Assembly (NCBI GenBank): GCA_046155895.1
Contig: JBJXFB010000080.1
Location: forward strand, 23,350-87,349
Direction: 5' to 3'
Source: Planctomycetota bacterium
GTDB lineage: Bacteria > Planctomycetota > UBA1135 > GCA-002686595
Length of the DNA stretch: 64,000 nt
The notes under the pieces were generated by a model. That model was not told the origin of the DNA and ran no database searches. It saw only the letters and a list, made by a program, of their open reading frames with translations. Below are positions 1 to 9,941 of this stretch, piece after piece (positions within the stretch are counted from its first letter, which is position 1; every line of letters starts with the position of its first letter). Both the position numbers and the translations under genes were made by a program.

Positions 1-195
1 GAAGGCACCGAGAACCGGATCACGACGGCGCGGCGCGACTACATCGAGGCGGTCGGCGCCTACAACACGACCGTCGAGACCTTCCCGGGCAACCTCGTGG
101 CGGGCTTCGCGGGCATGGAGAAGCTGGCCCAGCTCTCGATCGCTCCCGAAGAGCGCGCGGTGCCGAAGGTCGACTTCGGCACGGGGGCGAAGTAG
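1..195 (+). CDS. lemA: LemA family protein, C-terminal fragment (5' end lies outside the window)
   Basis: Frame-1 translation EGTENRITTARRDYIEAVGAYNTTVETFPGNLVAGFAGMEKL... ends at TAG 193-195. This is the conserved LemA C-terminus, followed by two TPM-domain genes (the usual LemA-TPM-TPM arrangement). Confidence 0.8.
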   Translation, partial: EGTENRITTARRDYIEAVGAYNTTVETFPGNLVAGFAGMEKLAQLSIAPEERAVPKVDFGTGAK

Positions 196-200
196 CGCCG

Positions 201-956
201 GTGGGCGCGTTCCCCCGCATCCTCTCCGCGCTCTTCCTCGCGTTCGCGGCGACGACGTCGAAGGCGCAGGAGGGCCGTCTCGAGGTCCCGAAGCACGACG
301 GCTGGGTCACCGATCTCGCCGGGCTGCTTTCGGCAGCCAAGGAGAGGGAGCTCGAGGCCCGGATGGAGTCGTACCGGACCGGGACGAGCCACGAGATCGC
401 CTTGCTGACGATCCCGAGCCTCCAGGGTGAGCCCATCGAGCGCTTCGCCCTCGAGGTCGGACGCAGCTGGGGCCTCGGGACGAAGGAGAAGAACAACGGG
501 GCCCTGCTCGTGGTCTCGAAGGCGGACCGCAAGATCCGGATCGAGGTCGGACGCGGGCTCGAGGGGAATCTGACCGACTCGATCTCCGGCCGGATCATCC
601 GCGACGTGATCGCTCCCGAGTTCAAGCGCGGCGATTACGAAGCCGGGCTCGAGAAGGGGATCGTGGCGATGCACGAGGCGATCGGAGGCAACTACGCGAG
701 GGTGAAGCGCGCCGAGCGCTCTCCCTCGAGCGGCCTCGCCGGGATCATCCCGGCGTTCGTGATCCTCGCCATCCTGCTCGTCGTCCTCTCGCGCCGGCGG
801 GGGGGCGGGCGCAGCCACGGCGGATCCGCGCTCCCCTGGCTCCTCATGGGCTCGCTGGGCGGTTCGGGCGGCGGCCGGTCGTTCGGGGGCGGCGGCTTCT
901 CCGGTTTCGGAGGAGGGGGCGGTTTCTCCGGCGGCGGCGCCTCGGGAGGCTGGTGA
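201..956 (+). CDS. TPM domain-containing protein (YgcG-like), secreted, with a Gly-rich C-terminal tail
   Basis: Signal peptide ILSALFLAFAATTSKAQ. TPM/TLP18.3 core WVTDLAGLLS...EIALLTIPSL...GALLVVSKADRKIRIEVGRGLEG. One TM helix, then a GGSGGGRSFGGGGFSGFGGGGGFSGGG tail. Confidence 0.85.
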   Translation: MGAFPRILSALFLAFAATTSKAQEGRLEVPKHDGWVTDLAGLLSAAKERELEARMESYRTGTSHEIALLTIPSLQGEPIERFALEVGRSWGLGTKEKNNGALLVVSKADRKIRIEVGRGLEGNLTDSISGRIIRDVIAPEFKRGDYEAGLEKGIVAMHEAIGGNYARVKRAERSPSSGLAGIIPAFVILAILLVVLSRRRGGGRSHGGSALPWLLMGSLGGSGGGRSFGGGGFSGFGGGGGFSGGGASGGW

Positions 957-1738
957 TGATCCCGCTCGTCCAATCCGGCGTCAGCGACGCGTGGGAGCGC
1001 GGTGCGCATCCTCTCCTGTACTTCGTCGCGGAGTACGGGCCATGGGTCTTCCTCGCCCTCGCCGTGGTCCTGGTCCTCCGCGCGATCGCGCGATCGAGGC
1101 GCTACCGCGCCGTCTCGGTGCTCGACGCGGGCGCCCAGGAGACCTTGCGCAAGGAGATCCGCGACGCCGAGAACCGCACGGTCGGCGAGATCGTGCCGGT
1201 CGTCCTCGAGCGCTCCGACCACTATCCCGGCGCCACATGGCTCGCTGCGCTGTGCACGATGCTCCTCGGGAGCGCGCTGCTCGAGAGGCACCTGCCCTGG
1301 GGCGAACCTCACTGGCTCCTCCTGTGCCAGCTGGGCCTGGGAGCGTTCGGTTTCCTTCTCGCGAGCCTCCTGCCCGATCTCCAGCGCCTCTTCGTCACGG
1401 AAGCCCGCGCGACCGAGATGGCGAGCGAGCAGGCGATCCAGGAGTTCCAGCTCCTCGGGTTGCGCGACACGCGCGAGCGAACGGGCGTCCTCATCTTCGT
1501 CAGCCTCTTCGAGCACCGAGTCGTGGTCCTCGGCGACGCCGGGATCCACGCGAAGGTGGGCGACGCGCACTGGGAGAAGACGCGCGACGCCGTGCTCCAG
1601 GGCATCGTGCGCGGATCGCTGGCCGAAGGGCTCGGCGCGGGAGTCCGCGCGTGCGGCGGAGTCCTCGCGGAGCACTTCCCGAAGAGTCCGGGCGACCGGA
1701 ACGAGATCGTCGATCGGCTGATCGTGCGCAGGCGATAG
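953..1738 (+). CDS. TPM domain-containing membrane protein (second TPM gene of the LemA cluster)
   Basis: Start GTG 953 / ATG 956 overlaps the upstream stop (GTGATG). N-terminal TM helices, then GVLIFVSLFEHRVVVLGDAGIHAKVGDAHWE, which is typical of TPM/DUF477-type proteins. Confidence 0.75.
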   Translation: MMIPLVQSGVSDAWERGAHPLLYFVAEYGPWVFLALAVVLVLRAIARSRRYRAVSVLDAGAQETLRKEIRDAENRTVGEIVPVVLERSDHYPGATWLAALCTMLLGSALLERHLPWGEPHWLLLCQLGLGAFGFLLASLLPDLQRLFVTEARATEMASEQAIQEFQLLGLRDTRERTGVLIFVSLFEHRVVVLGDAGIHAKVGDAHWEKTRDAVLQGIVRGSLAEGLGAGVRACGGVLAEHFPKSPGDRNEIVDRLIVRRR

Positions 1739-1740
1739 CG

Positions 1741-2478
1741 TCAGGATCGGACCGCGCGGCGGCTCGAGCGGAGCTCCCGAGCCGCCTCCCGGTCGAGCCA
1801 GATCCGCAGGTCGGCGTGGTCGCGCAGGAAGGAAGCGGGAACTTCCGGATCGATCGGGCCCTCCAGCGCGCGCCGCACGATCTCGGCCTTGCGCGGTCCG
1901 AAGGCGAGCACGCGGATCCTCTTCGCGTCGAGGATCGTGCCGATCCCCATCGTCACGGCGCGCGTAGGAACCTCCGCGAGGCCTCCGAACATCGGTACGG
2001 CGTCCTCGCGCGTCCACGCGTGCAGCCGAACCTCTCGCGTCCGGCTGTCGCGGAAGGACGGCGGCTCGTTGAAGGCGATGTGGCCGTTGCGTCCGATGCC
2101 CAGGATCTGGAGATCGATCCCGCCGGCTTCCCGGATGGACCGCTCGTAGGCGGCGCAGTCGGCCGCCGGGACATGGCGGTTCGCTCCCGCAATCCCGAGC
2201 GGCTCGAACACGCGCTCCAGCATCCATCGGGAAAAGCTCGCGGGATGACCGGAAGGAAGATCCAGGTACTCGTCGAGGTTGAAGGTGACGACCTCGGCGA
2301 AGTCGAGGCCTTCCTCGCGGCGCTGGCGCGCGAGCTCCCGATAGAGCCCCGAAGGCGTGTCGCCCGTCGCGAGTCCGAGGACGACGCGCCGGCGTTCGCG
2401 CACGAGGGCCGCGACTTCCCGGGCGAGCTCGGCTTCCGCCTCTTCGCGGCGCTCGACGACCACCAAGGAAGTCGTCAA
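1741..2478 (-). CDS. nagB: glucosamine-6-phosphate deaminase
   Basis: Only the C-terminal 245 codons of track ORF 1741..4161 look protein-like: VVLGLATGDTPSGLY...FNLDEYLDLP...LQILGIGRNGHIAFNEP...TMGIGTILDAKRI. TTG start at 2478 overlaps the kinase stop. Confidence 0.85.
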   Translation of the reverse strand: MTTSLVVVERREEAEAELAREVAALVRERRRVVLGLATGDTPSGLYRELARQRREEGLDFAEVVTFNLDEYLDLPSGHPASFSRWMLERVFEPLGIAGANRHVPAADCAAYERSIREAGGIDLQILGIGRNGHIAFNEPPSFRDSRTREVRLHAWTREDAVPMFGGLAEVPTRAVTMGIGTILDAKRIRVLAFGPRKAEIVRRALEGPIDPEVPASFLRDHADLRIWLDREAARELRSSRRAVRS

Positions 2479-4454
2479 ACAGCGCCCCCCGCGGCGGGCA
2501 GATCGATCCAGAACCGGCTGCCTTCGCCCGGTCGCGACTCGACGCCGGTCGCGCCTCCCATGCGGTCTGCGGCGCGGCGAACGATCGCGAGCCCGATTCC
2601 CGTGCCCGGGTAGGCGCCCACTCCGTTCAGGCGTTCGAACACGCGGAAGATCTTCTCGTGGTACTCCGGGGCGATCCCGATGCCGTTGTCCTCGACCCAC
2701 AGGCGCACGAGGTCCCCGCGCTTCTCGGTCCGGACGCGGATGCGAGGCTGGACCCCCGCCGCGACGAACTTCGCGGCATTCGAGAGGAGATTGGCGACCG
2801 CTTGGACGAGGGTCGAATGGTGTCCGGCCACCGGCAGGAGGGGCTCGCCGATGTCGAGGACGGCCCGCCGCTCTTCGAGCTCGCCCTGGAGCATGTCCTG
2901 GGCCTCGCGGACGACGAGCTGCAGGTCGAGCGGCCGGATGTCGACTTCCTCGCGCGCGAGCCGGCTGTACGCGAGCAGATCGCGCATCAGCGCCTCCATG
3001 CGCTGCGAGGCCGACACCATCCGTTGAAGATACTCGCGCTCGGTCGGCTGCAAGCGGTTCCCGACCTCTTCGATCAGGAGGTTTCCGAAGCCCCGCACGG
3101 CGCGCAGCGGCGCTCGGAGATCGTGGGACACGGAGTGGACGTACCCTTCGAGCTCGGCGTTCACCTCGGAGAGCTGTCGCGTGCGCTCGGCGACTCGCTG
3201 CTCGAGATCGGCGGCCTGCACGCGGAGTTCCTCGCGGAGCTGCGCCTGAACGACCGCGACCGCGAGCACGTCGGCCACCTCGCCGGCGAGCTCGATCTCC
3301 TCCGCGGCCGGTTCCCCGATGTGATCGAAGCTGACGTTGAGCGTGCCGATCAACGCGCCGCGGGAGATGAGAGGCGCCTTGAGGTAGGAGCGGATGCCTT
3401 CCTCGCGGAGCTGGTCGAAGAAGCCCTTCATCGACGTCCGGACATGCGTGTCGGGCGTGCAGTGAACGCGCCCCGCGCGGAGCGTGTCGAGCACGTCCTG
3501 GCCGATGTCCGAGAAGGAGACGACCGTGTCCGGACCGGCGCTCATCCTCGCCGCCCCCTCCACGGCGAGCAGGCGGCTCTCCTGCTTCGGCTCGTCGATG
3601 AGGGCGACGCTCGCGCGGATGCAAGGGATCAGGACGCGGATCCGGGCGAGCGCAGCCTGCGCGATCTCCTGGACGGATCCTCCGCCGAGGATCGCGCGAT
3701 CGATCTCGCGCAGTGTTCGCAGATGCTCGTTCGCCCGGCGCTCCGACTCCCGCGCGCGCCGCGCCGCTCGATCCGTCTCGGCGTAGGCCTTGGATAGTCC
3801 CCAGAGGGAGAAGGGCCCCGCCAGGAGGACGATCAATCCGAAACCGAGGGCCCAGGGGAGTGTGGCGGAGTTCAGGCGGCGCTCCACGGAGTCCCAAGGC
3901 ACGTGCGTCGCGACCAGGGCATTCACGCTGGGCACGTAGGCGAAAGCCGCCATCTGGAGCTTCCCTTCCAGGGATTCGTACCGGCCGCTCCAGTTCCGGT
4001 GCGTGTGAATGAGCTCGAGGAGGTTCCCGGGAACCCAGCCCTCCTCGTCCTGGCCGCGGAACTTCCAGTGGCCGACGACCACTCCCTCCTTCTCGGGACT
4101 CCCGGTGTGAAGCACGAGCCGGCCGTGCTGATCCACGACGCACAGGTACGCCCCCGGCCACTGCTCTGGCTGGTCCTGGAAATTGCCTCGCAGAGCCTCG
4201 AGCACCTCGCGATCAAGCGACCGGGGGTTGCTTCCCTCGAGGATCTCGACGTACTTCCGCGTGATGGTCAGCGTGTCGTCGTAGTAGCCGTGGACGAGCG
4301 CTTCACGGCTGACCGTGTAGGAGAACCAGCCGACCAGGACCGCCGCGAGCACCGAGATCGATCCCAGGATGACCGCCAGGCGTTGCAGGCGGCGGATGTC
4401 CTCGGGCTCATGGAGAGGAGAGGAGCGGGAGACCTCCTGTGACCGTGCTTCCAT
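2475..4454 (-). CDS. sensor histidine kinase (periplasmic sensor - TM - GAF - HisKA - HATPase_c)
   Basis: ATG at 4454 (MEARSQEV...). Two TM helices flank a ~180-aa sensor domain. GAF-like region, H-box YVHSVSHDLRAPLRAV, N/G boxes LLSNAAKF and DNGIGI...GTGIGLAIV. No response regulator gene occurs anywhere in the window. Confidence 0.85.
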   Translation of the reverse strand: MEARSQEVSRSSPLHEPEDIRRLQRLAVILGSISVLAAVLVGWFSYTVSREALVHGYYDDTLTITRKYVEILEGSNPRSLDREVLEALRGNFQDQPEQWPGAYLCVVDQHGRLVLHTGSPEKEGVVVGHWKFRGQDEEGWVPGNLLELIHTHRNWSGRYESLEGKLQMAAFAYVPSVNALVATHVPWDSVERRLNSATLPWALGFGLIVLLAGPFSLWGLSKAYAETDRAARRARESERRANEHLRTLREIDRAILGGGSVQEIAQAALARIRVLIPCIRASVALIDEPKQESRLLAVEGAARMSAGPDTVVSFSDIGQDVLDTLRAGRVHCTPDTHVRTSMKGFFDQLREEGIRSYLKAPLISRGALIGTLNVSFDHIGEPAAEEIELAGEVADVLAVAVVQAQLREELRVQAADLEQRVAERTRQLSEVNAELEGYVHSVSHDLRAPLRAVRGFGNLLIEEVGNRLQPTEREYLQRMVSASQRMEALMRDLLAYSRLAREEVDIRPLDLQLVVREAQDMLQGELEERRAVLDIGEPLLPVAGHHSTLVQAVANLLSNAAKFVAAGVQPRIRVRTEKRGDLVRLWVEDNGIGIAPEYHEKIFRVFERLNGVGAYPGTGIGLAIVRRAADRMGGATGVESRPGEGSRFWIDLPAAGGAV

Positions 4455-4471
4455 GGAGAGCGAGGGATCGA

Positions 4472-6823
4472 TCAGTCTCCACCGAGCCGGAAGGGCTTCC
4501 GCTCCAGCTTCCTCGGAGCGGCCGCATCCTCGGTCACTTCGTAGTGCGAGTTCAACTCCAGGTCCGTGAACTTCTGCCGCAGTCCGCTCGCGGGCCACCA
4601 GATCTCGACCGACTCGATCGCTTCCGCGTCTCCCAGGCCGATCTCCTGCCGGGACGGGGAGCCTCCGAAGCTGCTGACCGATCCCACGGCGCGGTGAAGG
4701 CTGCGCCGGCGGGTGGGTGTGCGGACGATGACGTGGATCCGCGCGCCGTAGGCGAGGCGGTTCGTGCGCGTCCCGATCAGCTTGAGCGTGAGGAAGCCGT
4801 TGGAGTTCCCGGGATTCTCGAAGAGGGAGTTGTAGAACACGTCGCCCTTGTAGAACCCGCCCAGGTCGTTGAACACGTCCTGGTCGCCATCGTCGTCGAA
4901 GTCCGCGAAGGCGACGCCGTGGCCCTTCTGGAGACTCCCGAAGCCGCCGGCGATCGTGACGTCCTCGAAGTGCGTTCCGCCGCAGTTCCGGAGCATCACG
5001 TTGGGCATCAAGGCTTCGTATTCCGGATTGCCCGTGGTCAGGTACATGTCCAGCCAGCCGTCGTTGTCGAGGTCGCCGAAGTTGGCTCCCATGGGCTGCA
5101 TGGGCCGCCACAATCTCGCCGCCTGCGTGATGTCCTCGAAGGTCCCGTCGCCCTTGTTGCGGTACAGACGCGGCGGAGCCGACTTGAACGGCAGGCCGAG
5201 GTACCAGGCGGGGATGTCCGCGAGGATCCGGTCGTAGGCCGCCACGAAGATGTCCAGGTTGCCGTCGTTGTCGAAATCGAAGAACCAAGGGACGAAGCTG
5301 TTGCGCACGGGCTCCGCCACTCCGAGCGTTTCGGCCACGTCGGAGAAGGTGCCGTCGCGGTTGTTGCGGTAGAGGCGGTTGGCGCCGATGTTCGAGACGT
5401 ACAGATCCGGCCAACCGTCGTTGTCGTAGTCCCCAGCAGTCGCGCCCTTGCAGTACCGGTCGTTCAGGACTCCGGCCTGCCGAGCGACGTCCGTGAACGT
5501 GCCATCGCCGTTGTTCCGGAAGAGGTTGCACGGGTAGTCGCTTCCTTGGGCGCCCCGCTTCGGGAACACGACGGGATCCGCACGGGATTCGTTGCCGAAG
5601 AACACGTCGAGATCGCCGTCGTTGTCGTAGTCGAACCACACGCTCGTCTGCATGGGGCACTTCGACTCGGCCAGCCCCGCCGCATGGGTCACGTCGGTGA
5701 AGGAGCCGTCCCCGTTGTTCCGCAGCAGCGACTTGCGGATGCGGCCTTCGTCGAAGAGCCATCCGCCGCGCTGGACGAGGATGTCGAGATCGCCGTCGTT
5801 GTCGTGGTCGGTCGAGACGAGGTTTAGCCCCCCGAGCTGATTGGAGAGCCCGGCCACGTCCTCGAACTCCTCGAAGGTGCCGTCGCCGCGGTTGTGGTAG
5901 AAGGCCAAAGGGACGTCCGGGCAATTGCTGGAAAGGACGATGTCGAGGAGCCCGTCGCCGTCCATGTCGTCGGCAATGACGCCTCCCGCATGGTTCAGGC
6001 GGTCGAGGCCGCACTCCCGGGCGACGTCGCGAAAGCGCGGAAAGTCGTCGGAGCTGTTGGGACTCTTCTCAGGGATCAGGAACTCCTTGGGCACCGCATC
6101 GGGATACCCGCCCTGGGCCATGTAAACGATGTTCAAGAGCCAACGCACCTCGAGATCCTCCGGCTGCGCGCGCAAGAACGCGAAAAGGCTGGAGGCGGCC
6201 TGGGCCGCCGGCGACTTCTCGGTATGGATGCCGTCGCCCTTCAGGGGAAACACGCAGCAGTCCCTGTTGTGGCGCGTGATGCAGTTCTGGACTTCGGCGA
6301 GGCGCAGGTAGGCCAGCGCGCGCAGCCGATGGAATTTCGGTTCGTTGTGGAGCACAGCTGGCTGGCTCGCCAAGAGCCGGAAGATCGTCTCGACCGCCTC
6401 GACCGCCTGCTCCGTCTCGTCTTCCTTCAGCAGGGCGATGACGAGATCGCAGCGTGCGAGCATGTTCTGGGCCCAGTCGCTCCCGGGACGATCGATCGCT
6501 GCGCGGAGGACCTTCGAACCTGTGCGGTCCATCAGGCCGCCGGGTGTCGTGAAGAGCTTTTCCGCGACGGCCAGGAACTCCGCGCGGATGGGATCCTCCG
6601 ACGCCGCGGCTTCCTTGCCCGCCGGTCGAACGAGCGGCGGGCTCGAGCCGCCGTTCTCGCCGCCGGAAACCCACTTCCAGCCCAGGAAGGCCGCCGCGAC
6701 CAGAGCACACGCGATGAGGATCGCCGGCCAGCTCTTCCTCGGGCGGCGAGCTTCCGCCGCCGGCTCCACGTTCAGCGTCGCCCTCGAGGCGGCTCTCCCC
6801 GCACGTTGGTTCTTCTTGGCCAT
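4472..6823 (-). CDS. CRTAC1/ASPIC-UnbV family protein with FG-GAP/VCBS repeats, N-terminal membrane anchor
   Basis: Repeated DxDxDGxxD calcium-type loops (DMDGDGLLDIVL, DHDNDGDLDILV, DYDNDGDLDVFF, DYDNDGWPDLYV, DFDNDGNLDIFV, DLDNDGWLDMYL, DFDDDGDQDVF). UnbV/ASPIC-like C-terminus GARIHV...QKFTDLELNSHYEVTE. N-terminal TM helix WPAILIACALVAAAFLGW. Confidence 0.8.
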   Translation of the reverse strand: MAKKNQRAGRAASRATLNVEPAAEARRPRKSWPAILIACALVAAAFLGWKWVSGGENGGSSPPLVRPAGKEAAASEDPIRAEFLAVAEKLFTTPGGLMDRTGSKVLRAAIDRPGSDWAQNMLARCDLVIALLKEDETEQAVEAVETIFRLLASQPAVLHNEPKFHRLRALAYLRLAEVQNCITRHNRDCCVFPLKGDGIHTEKSPAAQAASSLFAFLRAQPEDLEVRWLLNIVYMAQGGYPDAVPKEFLIPEKSPNSSDDFPRFRDVARECGLDRLNHAGGVIADDMDGDGLLDIVLSSNCPDVPLAFYHNRGDGTFEEFEDVAGLSNQLGGLNLVSTDHDNDGDLDILVQRGGWLFDEGRIRKSLLRNNGDGSFTDVTHAAGLAESKCPMQTSVWFDYDNDGDLDVFFGNESRADPVVFPKRGAQGSDYPCNLFRNNGDGTFTDVARQAGVLNDRYCKGATAGDYDNDGWPDLYVSNIGANRLYRNNRDGTFSDVAETLGVAEPVRNSFVPWFFDFDNDGNLDIFVAAYDRILADIPAWYLGLPFKSAPPRLYRNKGDGTFEDITQAARLWRPMQPMGANFGDLDNDGWLDMYLTTGNPEYEALMPNVMLRNCGGTHFEDVTIAGGFGSLQKGHGVAFADFDDDGDQDVFNDLGGFYKGDVFYNSLFENPGNSNGFLTLKLIGTRTNRLAYGARIHVIVRTPTRRRSLHRAVGSVSSFGGSPSRQEIGLGDAEAIESVEIWWPASGLRQKFTDLELNSHYEVTEDAAAPRKLERKPFRLGGD

Positions 6824-7010
6824 GGCATCAGACCCGCAGGCCCGACGGCGGCCAGAGGCAAGTCGTGAGGATAGCAGACGATGAGGAGCGCACCGGGGTT
6901 CCGGCGCGGGCTATCGCGCCTTGACAGATCCGCGGGATTCGCGGAATCTCTTGGGCGGATTTGGGCGCGCGGTCGATGCCTTTTTGGCCTTGGCACCTGG
7001 GCCTGCTGTC

Positions 7011-8675
7011 ATGATCCAATGCTCCTCTAGCCTGACTCGTGCTGCCGCGATCTCGCTCTGCTCCGGCATCCTCCTCCTCCCGGCTCGGGCCTCCGCGGAC
7101 GGAAAACCGGTCGAGTGGAACGCCCGCAACGCCGAGCACCTGGTGAATCGCGCCGGCTTCGGCGCCTCGACGGAGGAAGTCGCGCGCTACGTCGCGATGG
7201 GTCAGGACGCGGCGATCGAGAGCCTTTTCCCCGACCCTTCGCGGATCCCGCAGCCCGACATCCTCGGCGAGGCCGAGCTGCCGGGCGATCTCGTCGACCC
7301 CGCCGAGATGCATGCGACGGTCGAGGGCCGGCGCGAGGGCTTCGTGCGCCTGCAAGCCAACCTGATCGCCGCCCTCAACCACTTCGGCGATTGGTGGATC
7401 GAGCGGATGATCGCCTCCGACGATCCCCTGCGCGATCACATGACGATCTTCTGGCACGGACACTTCGTGTCCTCGGTCAAGGAGGTCGGCAATTCCCACG
7501 CGATCATCGGCCAGATCCGCTTCCTGCGCGAGAACGCGCTGGGCGACTTCGAGGTGCTGGCCCGCGGCATGGGAAGAGACGGAGCCATGCTCCGGTACCT
7601 GAACAACGACAACAACGTCAAGGGGCACCCCAACGAGAACTGGGCGCGCGAGCTCATGGAGCTCTTCACGCTCGGCGACGGCAACTACACCGAGAACGAC
7701 ATCAAGGAGTCCGCGCGCGCGTTCACGGGCTGGAGCCAGGAGCGGAGCCGGTTCTTGTACCGCCGGCTCAACCACGATTTCGAGCAGAAGACCGTGCTCG
7801 GCGTGACGGGGAACTTCGACGGCGACCACATCGTCGACATCATCTTCGAGCAGCCGGCCTGCGGGCGATTCATCGCGGGCAAGCTGATCGCCTATTTCGA
7901 GGGCTTCCCACCCGCACCGGAGCGCGTCGAGGACTACGCGGCTTTCCTGCGCTCGAACGACTACCACATCGGCAAGCTGCTGCGCCGGCTGTTCCACGAC
8001 CCCGCCTTCTACAGGGACGAGATCGTCGGCAACCGCGTCGCCGGCCCGATCGAGTACCTCGTCGGCGCGTCGCGGCGTCTCGGCATGCATCCTCCCGGCC
8101 AGCTGGTCCTCGCCGGCGGCGACCTGCTCGGCCAACGGATCTTCTGGCCCCCGAGCGTGAAGGGCTGGGAGGGCGACATGAGCTGGATCAACACCGCCTC
8201 GATCATGCACCGCAGCAACGTCATCGGAACGATGCTCGGGACGGTCGAGACGGCGAAGCTCCTCTCCGATCCCGAAGCCGAGCGCACCGATCCCATGGCC
8301 GGCGATTCGATGGCCAAGCCGGCGAGCTCGCCGCAGACCGCCCCGAAGAAGATCACGGCGGGAACCGGGATTGGGCTCCTCAATTTCATCCAGGAGTCCG
8401 GGTGGCAACCCGACCTCGACCTGCGCAAGTCCTTGGCGCCGCTCGGAGCGAAGCCGAGCGACTCCGCGATCGCCGGCCGGATGATCGAGAACCTCCTCGC
8501 GGCCCCGGCGGCCCCCGGAACGCTCGAGGAAGTCGTGCGGTTCCTGGGCAGCGAGCGTGAAGCGCTCGGGATCCGCGAGGGCGAGCTGCTCGCTTCGGCC
8601 GACGCGCGGTCCGAGGCGCTCCTGCGGCGTACCGCGCACCTGATCTTGAGCCTTCCCGAAGCGCAATTGAATTGA
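7011..8675 (+). CDS. DUF1800 domain-containing protein (secreted)
   Basis: I prefer ATG 7011 (MIQCSSSLTRAAAISLCSGILLLPARASA, a signal peptide) over TTG 6921. DUF1800 hallmarks are WWIERMIASDDPLRDHMTIFWHGHF...NENWARELMELFTLGDGNYTENDIKE.ARAFTGW. Followed by its usual DUF1501 partner. Confidence 0.8.
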   Translation: MIQCSSSLTRAAAISLCSGILLLPARASADGKPVEWNARNAEHLVNRAGFGASTEEVARYVAMGQDAAIESLFPDPSRIPQPDILGEAELPGDLVDPAEMHATVEGRREGFVRLQANLIAALNHFGDWWIERMIASDDPLRDHMTIFWHGHFVSSVKEVGNSHAIIGQIRFLRENALGDFEVLARGMGRDGAMLRYLNNDNNVKGHPNENWARELMELFTLGDGNYTENDIKESARAFTGWSQERSRFLYRRLNHDFEQKTVLGVTGNFDGDHIVDIIFEQPACGRFIAGKLIAYFEGFPPAPERVEDYAAFLRSNDYHIGKLLRRLFHDPAFYRDEIVGNRVAGPIEYLVGASRRLGMHPPGQLVLAGGDLLGQRIFWPPSVKGWEGDMSWINTASIMHRSNVIGTMLGTVETAKLLSDPEAERTDPMAGDSMAKPASSPQTAPKKITAGTGIGLLNFIQESGWQPDLDLRKSLAPLGAKPSDSAIAGRMIENLLAAPAAPGTLEEVVRFLGSEREALGIREGELLASADARSEALLRRTAHLILSLPEAQLN

Positions 8676-8698
8676 GACCTGTCGAACCGAGCCCTGTC

Positions 8699-9937
8699 AT
8701 GGAAGCCAACCGATTCACTCTCGACCGCCGCCGGATGCTCCGCGGCGGCGTCACCGTCTTCGGCGGACTCACCCTGATCTCGAACCACGCGCGAGCCGCG
8801 GCGGGCCTCTCCAAGCGGGCGCTCGAATGGACCGAGCCGGACCGGACGCTGCTCGTCCTCGAACTCTCCGGCGGCAACGACGGCTTGGCCACGATCGTCC
8901 CCTACCCCGAGGACGACCTCTACAAGGTGCGGACGCACACCGGCCTCAACCCGAAGAAGGATCTTCTTCGCATCGACGACTACCGCGGGCTGCATCCGAA
9001 TCTCGGCGAGCTCCACAAGATCTACCAGGATGGCGGCCTGGCGATCGTCGAGGGCGCCGGGTATCCGCAGCCCAACCATTCGCACTTCACGTCGCAGGAC
9101 ATCTGGCACACGGCCAGCCCGAGAGGACGCGCGGCGGGCGACGGCTGGCTCGGCAGTCTCCTGCGAGCCCTCTACCCCGACGACGCGAAGGTCCCGCACG
9201 CCGTCTGCATGGGCAAGACGATGGCCTACGCGCTGCAGTCGAGCACGCATCCGGTCGTCTGCTTCGAGTCGCCCTCGCTGTACCAGTTCGGGGCGGACGG
9301 CAAGGCGATCGTGAACTGCGGCGTCGGCGCGGAGATGAAGGCCGAGCCGGATTCGATGCTGGCGCGGATCCGGAGCGCCATGCGCAATGCGAGCAGCACC
9401 TCGGAAGAGGTGCGGCGGGCGGCCGCAACCTACGAGCCCCGCGTCGCCTACCCCCCCACGGGACTCGGCCGCGATCTCAAGCTCGCCGCCGCTCTCATCC
9501 AGTCGCGCATCGGCTGTCGCGTCGTCCAAGTGACGCAGCCGGGCTACGACACGCACGACAACCAGAAAGCCCGCCACGACGAGCTGATGACGGAACTCTC
9601 CCAGGGCCTCGCCGCATTCCTGCAGGACGTGCGCGGCACGGAGACCGGCGACCGCGTCCTCGTCCTGGCATTCTCCGAGTTCGGGCGCCGCGTTCCGGAC
9701 AACGCCTCGATGGGAACCGACCACGGCACCGCGGGACCCATGTTCCTGGCGGGGACTCCCGCCCAGGGCGGCCTGTTCGGCAAGCACCCCTCGGTCCAGG
9801 ACCTCGAGGCCGGCGACCTGAAGTTCACGACGGACTTCCGTCGCGTCTACGCGAGCGTCCTCCAGGACTGGTTCCACGTCGATTCCGAGCGCGTCCTCAA
9901 CGCGAAGTACGAGACGCTGCCCGTCGTCAAGGCCTGA
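8699..9937 (+). CDS. DUF1501 domain-containing protein (Tat-exported, sulfatase/alkaline-phosphatase superfamily)
   Basis: Twin-arginine signal LDRRRMLRGGVTVFGGL. LVVLELSGGNDGL...GYDTHDNQ...VLAFSEFGRRV.DN...GTDHGTAGPMFLAG are the conserved DUF1501 blocks. Confidence 0.85.
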   Translation: MEANRFTLDRRRMLRGGVTVFGGLTLISNHARAAAGLSKRALEWTEPDRTLLVLELSGGNDGLATIVPYPEDDLYKVRTHTGLNPKKDLLRIDDYRGLHPNLGELHKIYQDGGLAIVEGAGYPQPNHSHFTSQDIWHTASPRGRAAGDGWLGSLLRALYPDDAKVPHAVCMGKTMAYALQSSTHPVVCFESPSLYQFGADGKAIVNCGVGAEMKAEPDSMLARIRSAMRNASSTSEEVRRAAATYEPRVAYPPTGLGRDLKLAAALIQSRIGCRVVQVTQPGYDTHDNQKARHDELMTELSQGLAAFLQDVRGTETGDRVLVLAFSEFGRRVPDNASMGTDHGTAGPMFLAGTPAQGGLFGKHPSVQDLEAGDLKFTTDFRRVYASVLQDWFHVDSERVLNAKYETLPVVKA

Positions 9938-9941
9938 TCTC

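Noticed and set aside
1741-4161. 806-aa ORF extending nagB far upstream.
   Set aside because: NagB similarity starts only at TTG 2478. The rest overlaps the kinase gene in another frame and is Arg/Gly/Pro-rich.
2475-6014. 1179-aa ORF in the track that suggests a giant protein.
   Set aside because: Only the C-terminal 659 codons (from ATG 4454) are the histidine kinase. The upstream part is an R/P/G/A-rich out-of-frame shadow of the real CRTAC1-like gene, which lies on the same strand in a different frame (4472..6823).
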